The notes beneath the pieces were generated by a model that was given only the letters and a program-made list of their open reading frames with translations, had not been told where the DNA came from and made no database searches. Positions 11,498-22,130 of a DNA stretch of 64,000 bases are shown here, piece by piece. How positions within the stretch are numbered: the first letter of the stretch is position 1; every line of letters starts with the position of its first letter. This stretch comes from Amoebidium appalachense. Taxonomy: Eukaryota > Protista > Ichthyosporea. The position numbers were made by a program, and so were the translations under genes. The stretch spans positions 2,818,722 to 2,882,721 of the forward strand of contig CAVNZM010000013.1 in the NCBI GenBank assembly GCA_963693365.1, in the 5' to 3' direction.

Positions 11498-11673
11498 ACC
11501 CCCCCACGCCCCCCCAGTTCGGGGAGCCAGTATGAGCCCAGTGGAAGCGAGGAGGAGGAGACCACCCCCAAGGGCGACAACAAAAAGTCCCGCCCCAAGA
11601 AGAAGGGCACGGACGATGCGGACCTCAGCAACCCCCTGAGGATGACCTATTACAGGGTCATCCACTCCGAAAG
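11498..11673 (+). other. Orphan exon-like segment (SQYEPSGSEEEETTPKGDNKKSRPKKKGTDDADLSNPLRMTYYRVIHSE)
   Basis: Stop-free GC-rich frame ending at AG|GTATGT donor consensus (11674), then T-rich intron-like DNA. Confidence 0.45.
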
Positions 11674-12199
11674 GTATGTGAGTGTGTTTGTTATGTGTAT
11701 TATGTTGTTGTTATGTATATTATGGAGTTGGTAATGTGTTTTGTGATAACACTGAATTACTCTGCCGGCATTTGGTATGGTATGGTTTGGTGTAAGAGTG
11801 CCCCCCTTATATTGTCATGTTGGGCGTCCTTTTTTTTTTTTTGGGCCTCATACACATACACACACACCTTGTTACTCTTCTGTCAAGGGATTAGCATGTG
11901 TTTAGTTTAATGATGTTGGGAGCTTCTTAGAAACCCGCATAATAGTTTACTTGTTTTGAGTTTTGTTTATGTTCGTTGCTGCTCTTTTATACTCCTTCCC
12001 CCCCCCCCCCCCCTCCCGGCTGGGGGGGAGGAAGGAGATGAGGGTGGGGAGGATGAGGATGAGGACTAGTGGGATGATAGAGGGCCCCCCCCCCCACCAC
12101 CACCACCCTCTTTTCTTTTTCTTTTTTTGATATGTTTTGGTGTCTAGTGCAGTCTGGAGCAGACTCCGGAGTCGAGACTTAGAAATTTGTTGTATTGCA

Positions 12200-12293
12200 G
12201 TCTCGCTCCTGTGGAACGAGACTTAAAAATTTGTAACAAGTTGTGAGAAAAAACAAACTGTCAGGCGTGGTCTCTGCTCCTGTGGAGCGAGAC
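12200..12293. repeat. Spaced imperfect palindromes GTCTC(T)GCTCC-TGT-GGA(G/A)CGAGAC (third copy 16222-16245)
   Basis: Copies at 12200-12222, 12270-12293, 16222-16245; array split by the Ngaro insertion. Confidence 0.85.
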
Positions 12294-12662
12294 AAGGTTT
12301 TATTTGTGGAAATTATTGACATAAATATTTTTCTGGGTAAACACGTAGGATGGGTGTCCGATATCAACAGACTTTGTTTCATGTTTTAGCAGTTCGCGTT
12401 CGGCTGCCCGCATACGGGCACCTATTAGCCGATCAAAACATCAGATTCCACAGATCACTAGACCGAGTTTGATTGGCTCAGGATCAGATTTCACATAACA
12501 CTAGATCGATTTTGATTGGCTCAGATCGGTAGCCTTAGGTATATAAGCACGACAGTTTTTAGCAGATCAGCAAGCAACAAACACATCTTCTGTGTTTAGC
12601 ACCTACAGCTTTACAGCTATATTTTTCTTTTCTTCTCCCTATCTTTCCCTACGCCGGTCAGC

Positions 12663-13823
12663 ATGCCGCCGAAAAAGCGCCAGGCCTCAGCCGCCGCCCC
12701 TGCCGCGGCACCTAAGCGCCTGACCCGCAGCGACCTCCGCCACAGGCTGACCAACGCTCCCGCGGGCACTGACGCGCCTCCAGCGGTCCATACCACCACG
12801 GACCCTCCGGCTACTCTCCCCTCTACTCCTGAAGTCCCTCCTCAGGCCCCACCGTCCCCGCCGATGACTTCTCAAGACGCCGTCCTTGCCGCCCTCACCG
12901 CCATCAGCACCCAGATGGCTGGCGTCCTGGCCGATCTCACCAACCGCGACCCTCCCGCGCCCCCCGCCGCGCCCTCCGCACCCGGGGAGATTTCCCTGGG
13001 GCTGCATCTCGGCCCTGACCTGGATCTACCTGCCCTGCCCGTGCCCCCCATTACAGGTGAGAACACTGGCGACATTCAGCCGGGCACACTCCCGCTTCCC
13101 CCCGCGGATGTGCTGGCAGATTTGCGCGCCAATCGTTTCGTCGACCTGTATAAGTTCACCCCCGCCGCCCTCCTGGCCCCATCCAAGAAAGGTCAGCATC
13201 TGCGCATGGCCGACGACGGCAGCATCGAGACTTTTCGCCAAGACAAACCTGTTCCCCTGCGTTCACTCGTCATTTGGATCCAAGCTTGGACCCATTACAT
13301 GGCCGCCAAGCACCACCTCGGCCTCCCCACGGACAAAGAAGTACTTTGGACTCAGCACATCACTCGCCTCAGCACCCGATACCCGTGGGCCCAGATCCAC
13401 AACTATGACGTATACGCCCGAACCGTTGCCCACCAGCAGGGTCGGGCTCCGATCGAGTGTCCCAACCTGCTCGCCCAACTCCACCAGGATCTCCTCCTGC
13501 CACCCACTCTGCTCATACCGGACGCATGTCAGCGCTGCGGCTTCCCCGACCACCCCAGCGCGGCCTGCCCCATGTACCCCAAGCCCGGCTGTGGTCTTGA
13601 TGGTTTCGAGCCGCCCCACAAGCCCGGCGGGGGACAAACCCCCAACCGACCCGGCCCGCAACCCGGCCCGGCACCACCGACCCGACCCGTGGATCTACCC
13701 GCGACACACTGCAGGAATTTCCACAACGGTCGGTCCTGCGCTAAGCAGCCCTGCCCCTTCTCCCACGTGTGCCCGCTCTGCTCTGGCACACACCCCCGCA
13801 AAGACTGTAAGCACAATGCCTAG
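12663..13823 (+). CDS. gag: Ngaro gag-like ORF1 with C-terminal Cys/His zinc fingers
   Basis: 386-aa ATG ORF; CQRCGFPDHPSAAC and CRNFHNGRSCAKQPCPFSHVCPLCSGTHPRKDC. Confidence 0.9.
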   Translation: MPPKKRQASAAAPAAAPKRLTRSDLRHRLTNAPAGTDAPPAVHTTTDPPATLPSTPEVPPQAPPSPPMTSQDAVLAALTAISTQMAGVLADLTNRDPPAPPAAPSAPGEISLGLHLGPDLDLPALPVPPITGENTGDIQPGTLPLPPADVLADLRANRFVDLYKFTPAALLAPSKKGQHLRMADDGSIETFRQDKPVPLRSLVIWIQAWTHYMAAKHHLGLPTDKEVLWTQHITRLSTRYPWAQIHNYDVYARTVAHQQGRAPIECPNLLAQLHQDLLLPPTLLIPDACQRCGFPDHPSAACPMYPKPGCGLDGFEPPHKPGGGQTPNRPGPQPGPAPPTRPVDLPATHCRNFHNGRSCAKQPCPFSHVCPLCSGTHPRKDCKHNA

Positions 13824-14449
13824 TCTACGCGCACACCCACACCCACAGATAGAACATAGGGGCTAGGAGCTAGGTTACACGGGTCCAAGGACACGGAGCT
13901 CGGGAAAAACGGGGCACTAGGGCTGAGTAACAATTTTCGCAGGCCAACTACGGCGCCCGCGCGCGCCAAGAATAAATGTCCCTACACAAAGACGTTATTC
14001 TGGCCACTGCACATAATTTTACCTCCCCCCCCCCATCCCACGAGCCTCCCCCCCTTACACTCACCTAGCACTCCCTCCCCCCCCCCTTCTTCTAACTCTG
14101 TGTACGCCCACACCCGCGCGTGCTCGGGCATCCCCTGCACAGGGCCCCGCTGCCCTCCCTGCAAACCCTCCCTCGGGCCCAGCTGCCCTACTCTAAACCC
14201 ACCGGGGCCCTGCTGCCCCCCCCCCCCCCCCCGATGCCGGGATCTCCCCGAGGGAGCCCCACCCTTGCTAACCACCCCTTCCCCCGAGGCTCAGCCCCCG
14301 GAGGCCCGCCCGCTGCCCCAACACCACGTTGACACCTCCCGCCTCCGGGAGCTGCTGGCCCCCCTACCCAGCCCAATCATTCGCCGCGCAGCCCCTCCGT
14401 AACCAACTTCCCCGGACCCGACGACTCCGACCTTACCTACCGGAGCCCC

Positions 14450-15526
14450 CCCGGATCTCCCCTTCCGGAGCAACGCTGGCCGATTGGCCCCCCACTTTGC
14501 TCCAGCCGAGCTGCTTCGTGCCACCAATACACTGCAGGAATGCCAGGCCCTGAGTCTCAACCTCGACTCTCGGGCCTTTTACTCCCGGGTGCAAAAAAAA
14601 AAAAAAAAGTATTGATCGATTTTTGTGTGGCATCTCGGCTGCAATCCTCCGCCGGATCCTCCCTCCCGGCCTCCCCCCACACCGTGCAGCTTTTTCTCGC
14701 CTGGTGTGCCCAACGAGGGGTACAGGCCTCTTCCTTGGCCGGCTACAATTCGGCCATCACCAGACTCCACCTCGACATGGGCCTCCCTGCTCCCTACCCC
14801 CACGACAAGTCTCTGGCCTGGTTCCTCCGAGGGGTGGGCAGATGGCAGCTTTCTCTCAACATCCGACCCCGATCATCCACCAGGGAGCCCCTCCTGCCCT
14901 CCCACCTCAGCATACTCCATGACCAGTGCCCCAACAAGGCCTCCTCGGCCAATCTACGGCTATGGATGGCCCTCATCGTCGGTTTCTGTGGTCTCCTCCG
15001 TTCGGGGGAATTTACCTCCAAAACCCTGACTTCCTTTGACCCGTCCCGTCACGTTAAACGGAAGGATGTGACCTTCAGCTACACCCCCACCGGTACTTTG
15101 TCCCATGCCACCCTCCACCTGCCAACCTCCAAGACGGATGTACAGGCCCGAGGTGTCAACGTCACTCTAGCTGCCCTGCCCCTCACCCACTTCTCCCCAG
15201 CCCATCTCCTCCGGCAATTCCTGGATACAACGTCCGGTCAACCCGACGACCCCCTGTTCAGTCTCGGTGGCATTCCCTACACCAAGGGTGCTTTCTCTGC
15301 CGACTTCCGTGCCCTCCTCTCCCGGGCAGGCCTCTCACCCTCCCGGTTTGCCGGCCACAGCCTCCGCATAGGGGGGGCCACAGCACTGGCTGAGGCCGGG
15401 GTCGACGACTCCCGGATCAAACAACTCGGCAGGTGGTCCTCCGACTGTTTCCTGATTTATACCCGCCTTCGTCCGGCCTCCATTGCTGCCACTACCACAC
15501 GTGTATCCGCCTCTATTCTTAAGTGA
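14450..15526 (+). pseudogene. Ngaro tyrosine recombinase (frameshift at expanded A-run 14593-14608)
   Basis: LLRSGE, SKTD, GHSLRIGGAT, LGRWSSDCFLIY catalytic motifs. Confidence 0.9.
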
Positions 15527-16460
15527 AACCTTTGGAGCAAGCATACTGCTCTCGTGCCGTGGTTTACAACCATTGCAGGTTCACTTTCGTCCAAGGGGAT
15601 GTCCCCCTAGAGGCAACACACGTCCCGGAGTAGTTTTCATAGAGGTTTTATTTGTGGAAATTATTGACATAAATATTTTTCTGGGTAAACACGTAGGATG
15701 GGTGTCCGATATCAACAGACTTCGTTTCATGTTTTAGCAGTTCGCGTTCGGCTGCCCGCATACGGGCACCTCATAGCCGATCAAAACATCAGATTCCACA
15801 GATCACTAGACCGAGTTTGATTGGCTCAGGATCAGATTTCACATAACACTAGATCGATTTTGATTGGCTCAGATCGGTAGCCTTAGGTATATAAGCACGA
15901 CAGTTTTTAGCAGATCAGCAAGCAACAAACACATCTTCTGTGTTTAGCACCTACAGCTTTACAGCTATATTTTTCTTTTTCACCCACCCACCTACACCCT
16001 ACACTCAACCCCCATTGATCCCCACATACGTGCTGTTTTTTCACGGGGCGAAGACTTCCCCCGTTTTTTGGGCACAAGGACCTCACGGATCAATAAATTG
16101 ATGACTGGGGGCTTGCCGTGGTTTACAACCATTGCAGGTTCACTTTCGTCCAAGGGGATGTCCCCCTAGAGGCAACACACGTCCCGGAGTAGTTTTCATA
16201 GAAAAAGTAAATATGGTATCCGTCTCTGCTCCTGTGGAGCGAGACGCAAAGAAACATCTTTATGCGCTCTTCTTACCGTGTGATGTCATATTGTATGTGT
16301 CCTTACAGTGATTTTATGACGTATGATGTATGAAATCATTATCATACATTGAACATGCCATTATGCATGTAAGGATGGGTTTATGACGCACCAAAAAGCA
16401 CATTGTGCATGTGCATAGCACACCCTTACAACATATGCAAGTGTACGTTACGACGTCAAA

Positions 16461-16675
16461 TCGCACACATCGATTCAGTCGCACACATCGATTCAGTCGC
16501 ACACATCGATTCAGTCGCACACATCGATTCAGTCGCACACATCGATTCAGTCGCACACATCGATTCAGTCGCACACATCGATTCAGTCGCACACATCGAT
16601 TCAGTCGCACACATCGATTCAGTCGCACACATCGATTCAGTCGCACACATCGATTCAGTCGCACACATCGATTCA
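16461..16675 (+). repeat. 12 perfect 18-bp monomers TCGCACACATCGATTCAG at the LINE 5' end
   Basis: Units start every 18 bp from 16461 to 16659. Confidence 0.97.
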
Positions 16676-16780
16676 AATGTCGCTCTTTATTATCTGCTAA
16701 TAAATAGTATCCTTCGCGCATCCACCCCTAAACCAGGCCATCCGTGGCCCTAAGGGCCGGGGAACACCCCCATCCATGTC

Positions 16781-17965
16781 ATGGCACATGCCTATAATCG
16801 TTTCAGAACCTCTTTCAAAGTTCCATCTACACCCATCACACATGTGCGACCATTAAAACGTCCAGCAGATACACCTACCACAGATGCACAACCAGAAAAA
16901 CATCGCCTTAGACTAAGCGCAACACCTATTTACAATACACTACCCATTCAGAATAACACCACACCACTCCGTAGAAACACAATAACAACCATGCCGAAAC
17001 TTTCGGTTGATACAGTACTGGCAGAACTTGCCCTCGTTAAGAAACAGCTAAATGAGCTGTTACCACTCAAGAACATGATAGAAAAACTCCAAACAGAAAA
17101 TACCCAACTCAAGCTCACCATTGATTCACTCACAGCCCAGCTAAACATTAGTGGATCGCAAAACCCCAAAACTCATGAGCAAACATCTCGCGACGGAGAC
17201 ATTTCCACCCCAACACAAAACAACACAGGACCGGAAGCACAGCTCCCGGCAGAGTTCCTAGAATATGCGAACTCTCGTAAAACACCCGAGCTCCGCCAAA
17301 TTGCCAAGGAAACATATGCCAGCATTCTTGCAGGCAACGAGTACCGCCGCAACTCCCCTCCCAAACCGCCGGCTAAGGGGAACACCCAAGCAAACGGTAA
17401 CATCAACATCCCACCCAAATACGAGAGGGTGTATTTCAAAGTCAAGCACGGCAGACGCCCACACAGGGCCATGTGGTCCATCTTCAAGGCTCTCGGCTTC
17501 CGGTGCTCTCGCATCCTTTGTCTGTCCTTCATTGGATACGATGTGCTGGAAGTAGCAGTACGGGGCGACTATAACCGTGCGTTCATCCGTGACGCGACAA
17601 AGGGGTGTGGAAGCTTCTTCACCCACCTCCCAAGCTACGACCCATGCGCGCCGGAAAACATTCAGAAAGCAGACAAAGAACGTAAAGTGTCTGCTAAGAA
17701 TGCGTGCGCCACACGTTGTCGTGTACGCATCAGCAAGGCAAAAGAGTTCCTCGCAAAGTTGGAAAACGATGCTACGAGCGTGATAGACACGGACACGAAG
17801 GAACCAATGTTTTCTGGTGAGAAACTGCTCGAGCGCAAACGCCGATGCGAGATGGAAATCGAGCTCTTCTGCGAACTGTTCGCGCTGGCGGAAGGTCGTG
17901 CATACGACCCCATAAGCGACAAGTGGGAACCAACCCCACAGGTGTCGGACCAAACCGATGCCTAA
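16781..17965 (+). CDS. LINE ORF1 (coiled-coil-containing, probable RNA-binding protein)
   Basis: 394-aa ORF with heptad-like LAELALVKKQLNEL...LTAQL; overlaps ORF2 start (ATGCCTAA). Confidence 0.85.
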   Translation: MAHAYNRFRTSFKVPSTPITHVRPLKRPADTPTTDAQPEKHRLRLSATPIYNTLPIQNNTTPLRRNTITTMPKLSVDTVLAELALVKKQLNELLPLKNMIEKLQTENTQLKLTIDSLTAQLNISGSQNPKTHEQTSRDGDISTPTQNNTGPEAQLPAEFLEYANSRKTPELRQIAKETYASILAGNEYRRNSPPKPPAKGNTQANGNINIPPKYERVYFKVKHGRRPHRAMWSIFKALGFRCSRILCLSFIGYDVLEVAVRGDYNRAFIRDATKGCGSFFTHLPSYDPCAPENIQKADKERKVSAKNACATRCRVRISKAKEFLAKLENDATSVIDTDTKEPMFSGEKLLERKRRCEMEIELFCELFALAEGRAYDPISDKWEPTPQVSDQTDA

Positions 17966-20900
17966 TTTATCCTTCTTCTTCTGGAATGCTCGGACACTGG
18001 GCCCCCAAAAGGGCCTCCCCCCCGGGACACTCGACGATAAAATCAGCTACATACAACAACAGACAAACAACCACACGTTTACAGTGATTTGCGAAACACA
18101 GTTTAAAAACCACCACAAATTCAACTCTACATTGGTCGACACATCCACACACCCCGGTTACGCGAAAAACCGAGGCATTATTGTACTTGCCGCACCACAC
18201 GTGAGAGTGAAGTGCAAACCGGTAGCAAAAACGGAATTCTCGGTTTCTATAGAGTTTCTTTCTAATGTTTTTACTTTTGTATATTACCCACCATCTATGT
18301 CGGTTGTCGAATTGACTCACGAGTTGTCACAGTTACCAATGTCCACTGTTATTTTAGGTGATTTTAACACGCGACTCCACCACACAGACACACTGCAAGT
18401 GAGTGTCGGGTACCCATCTAAGCCCCCGGAGCGTGCTATCCCTTTAGCAAGGTATGTCCAAAGTCACACTTTGCGGTTCCCTCAAATATCCCATGCCCAC
18501 AACACCGACTGGGGAGTGGCCTTTTGGCCATCAACCATGTCAAAACTCTCTCTCCCTCCTAACCTCTCTAGGTCATCTGACCACTCTCCTATCCTTTTCC
18601 TACCTAAGATCTCCCTTGATCTGCTCCCCCCTCCCCCTCCCACCTTTCGCCTCCGTCTATCCCAGCTTAAGTCACAGTGGGGTAGAGTTGATGTATGTGT
18701 ATGCTATGCTACGAAACACCCTATATATATGCGCCTATTAGAATCTGCACAAGCCAGGCCAGATTCACATCTCGTACTAGATACATGCACTAACTTTATT
18801 GTTGATGATTTGATAGATCTCGGTGATTATGCTGGCGGTGGTAGGAAGGAATATCCCGATGCTCTCTTGTTACCAAACACCACTCCCGCTAGACTAGGTG
18901 AACCCCTGTCTCAAAAGGAAAGCTTGCGCCGGCTTGCTAGTATGAATCGATTTGGCCCCCCTGCTCGTATTATTGGTGATACCACTGGAGACCCCCTCAT
19001 AGACTCTGATAAGTATTTCTCGGAACTGTTTAAAGATAGGACCCCCCCCCGCTCAGAAACCTATTGTGTGGCCTGTAGACCCATCTATCCCCATAGAATC
19101 GATCCTCCCCTTTTTCAGTCCCGATGCCATATGGTCTGTGATATCTAGTTATAGCTCTAGTAAGTCTTGTGGACCTGATGGACTCCCTGCTGGGTTTCTT
19201 AAAATCCTTGTTCCCTCCTACCCACAAAAGGAAAGTGATCGTGCTATTAAACCTGATCTTACTATCATGTTAAGCTCTCTCTTTTCTTGGTGTGTTAAAT
19301 GTGGACATGTCCCGTCATCTTGGTTAGATACCTTAGTGATCCCCATAGTTAAGAAGGACTCTGAGGGCCCCATATCATCCTTTCGCCCCATTACACTAAC
19401 CCAGGTTGTTCGTAGATTCTTTGAAGCTTGCTTACTTAGGTTATTTGCACATCACCCTAGGTTTCAATCTATTCTTCACATACACCCATGCCAATCCGCT
19501 TTTCGTAAAAACAATTCATGTTATGTTCAAATAATGGCACTGCACGATTCTATGCAAGTTGGTGCACAATATGTTGGCTTTATTGATTGGAAAACTGCTT
19601 ACGATTCTGTCTCCCCTGGTCTCCTATGGGAAAAGCTTGCTGCACGGGGTGTACCACACTGCATTGGTGTTCTGTTAGAAGCACTCTTGTCTCAAACCTA
19701 TGGTAGAGCTGTGGTTAATGGGCATCTTTCATATGGTTTTGCTCGTACTAGAGGTCTCTTGCAGGGTTCATTGCTTAGCCCCTTTTTGTTTAACCTATTT
19801 ATAGATGATTTGGCTGTCAAGATTTACGCCGAAAACGATGACCCTATTAATAACTTTCCGCCTGCACTTCTCTATGCTGATGATCTGTCCCTCCTTGCCC
19901 GTACCCCTAGACGCCTGCAAAGATTGTTCGATGTAGTGTCAGAGTGGTGCAAGGCAAACCTTATGATCCTTAACATAGACAAATGTGGTGTTCTTGTACC
20001 TGATATAGCTAACAATTTACACACATTTACATTATCATCTAAACCTGTACCTATAGTTCCAGAATACAAATATCTTGGTGTTCCGGTTGATTCTGTTGGT
20101 GTTATGTTTCCCCATATGGTCGAAAGAGGGTAGAGTTGGCTCGTAAGCGGTTAGCTTTCTTCTCGGCTAATATTTTTAAAGACACACCCCTCCATCCTTC
20201 TATTAGACTTACATTTATTCGCACTTTTGTCTTCCCGGCATGTGAATATGGTTTACCCCTTCTCGCCGCTTGGATCAAGAAAGAGAGAACTAGAGCGCTT
20301 AAACCCTTGGCAAATTTCCTTGAAGCAGAAGTTGCCTCCTTTCTATCTAACAACTGTTGTAAACCTGGGCCTGTAACGCTCTCGATATATGGTCTGGTCC
20401 CAATAGCTGCTAGAGTATCCTATCTCGCGCTGAAATTCAATAAGCACATAAGCCGCTTAAAGAAGTATTTGCCCTCCCACCCTCTCTTCTCTATCCGACC
20501 TGTCCCCTCCTCACCTCTCCCCTCTTTCCTCCCCTCTCTCTCCCCTTCTCCCCTGGGCACAAATACAAATAAACCCCGCAATAGTGTGTGTGTGACTTTG
20601 GACTGCCACTTACTTATTAAACATGTACACAATCACAAGATAATCACGCAATATAACAAATGGAAAAAGATACCACACGACACTAGACCCGATGAAAGCA
20701 TACACCTTGAAAAACTAAGCCTTATGTCTCGTTTTATATATACTGACCGCCTCAACCATATTGCCAAATATGGCACTCGCAAGTGTATAACACCTAAATA
20801 CATATTACCTTCCTGTAGAACTGGTCTTTCTCTAGCTGATGGTATTATTGATCAATTACCACGCTTTTACTGTACACGTGCTATACAGTGGAGATCTAAT

Positions 20901-21155
20901 AAGTATAAGGTGGCATCATTTGCATGCCCAAACAACACACACACACACCAGTTTAACCGGTCATGTATCGCCAAATGTAGTTTGATAGACCACATAATAC
21001 CGCAACACACACACGTCACATTCACAACAGACACCCAGAAAGATAGCCTACCTGTAAATTACAACATCCTTGATTTTATACTAAACACGCGTAACTACGA
21101 CCTGTTTATTAGATGTATTGATTGGCTTGAGAAACACATCACTACAAAATTATAG
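17958..21155 (+). pseudogene. LINE ORF2: APE endonuclease + RT + C-terminal Cys/His motif, two homopolymer frameshifts
   Basis: WNAR, ICET, ILGDFN, SDH; GPDGL, RPITL, QGSLLSP, YADD, YLG; breaks near 19045 (C run) and 20125 (A run) are in frame in the 22131-24441 copy. Confidence 0.93.
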
Positions 21156-21171
21156 CGCACGCGCACACACA

Positions 21172-21228
<57 letters not shown>

Positions 21229-21260
21229 CCAGCTGATACCGAGTGTCCCGAGGGGAGCCC

Positions 21261-21309
<49 letters not shown>

Positions 21310-22130
21310 GGGGAACCCCAACTAATTGATTTCTCCTTGTAGTCTTTATGGTGTCTCGTAGAGAAAGTAAACCCTGATATATAGTCACCACCCGACATCT
21401 ATGTACGTGATCATGATATACCGCTGAGGGGATATTCCGAGCAAAACCCCCCCCCCCATACCTGAGACTGGTTCTCTTTGCCTCGAGTAAACAGCGTAAA
21501 CCCCCGTATTAATATGCGTCATCTACATTATATGTCGTAATGTCCTCCTATGCATCTGTTTGCAACATCGTAATGTAATCTGTAGTAGGATGCAAATCAC
21601 ATCTTATGATAGGTCATGGGTTAGCACAAACCCACCCATGGTATATCCACTGGTTGTGTTTCGGATGTCGGAAAGGGCGTCTGAACGATTGGATTTCGAT
21701 CTATTTTTATAATCAACTGGATGGTTTTGCAGTGCTCCATTGCATTGCTTTACAACAAACGATAGACATACATGTGATAGTCATACGTATTTGATCAAGA
21801 GGGTATTAATACCATACATTCGATGCGTTTACAGTGCTCCGTTATATGGCTTTACATCAAACCATAGACATGCATAAGATCGTCCACAGGGTGGCGTTCT
21901 GATCCTCCCGTAGACGGTGTTACGACTGTCTGAATGCCCCCTGGCCGCCGTCATATACCCACCGACTGGACGTCGTATGTTGGATCTATTGCACGTCCAT
22001 TGCACGTCGGTTAGATGGCTACATTGCACACCCATTGGATATGCACTCGCGGGGTTCTATGTACATCCATTGGTGCATCGGGTATCGGATCGAGCATATT
22101 ACGACACATCCATTGGACGTCGGGGAGCAA

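Larger units (their letters stand above)
12295..16201 (+). mobile_element. Ngaro-type YR retrotransposon, RT/RH-deleted derivative (N1)
   Basis: Split direct repeats A1 12295-12630, B1 15555-15642, A2 15643-15980, B2 16114-16201; gag and YR present; ~1.4 kb of pol missing at ~14397. Confidence 0.95.
16461..21505 (+). mobile_element. Apparently full-length APE-RT non-LTR retrotransposon (LINE)
   Basis: 5' monomer array, ORF1, overlapping ORF2, 3' UTR with (CA)n, internal A45 and 3' extension; 5' boundary approximate, no clear TSD. Confidence 0.93.

Noticed and set aside
12143-12179. Helitron 3' end (hairpin + CTAG, minus strand)
   Set aside because: Spacing too short, not followed by T, no 5' end or Rep/Hel found.
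16461-16675. CRISPR array or repeat-protein ORFs (RLNRCV, HIDSVA)
   Set aside because: No spacers, no cas genes; ORFs are by-products of a stop-free 18-mer.
21365-21376. Telomerase-template-like TAAACCCT in the LINE 3' extension
   Set aside because: An 8-mer is expected by chance; no telomeric arrays in the window.
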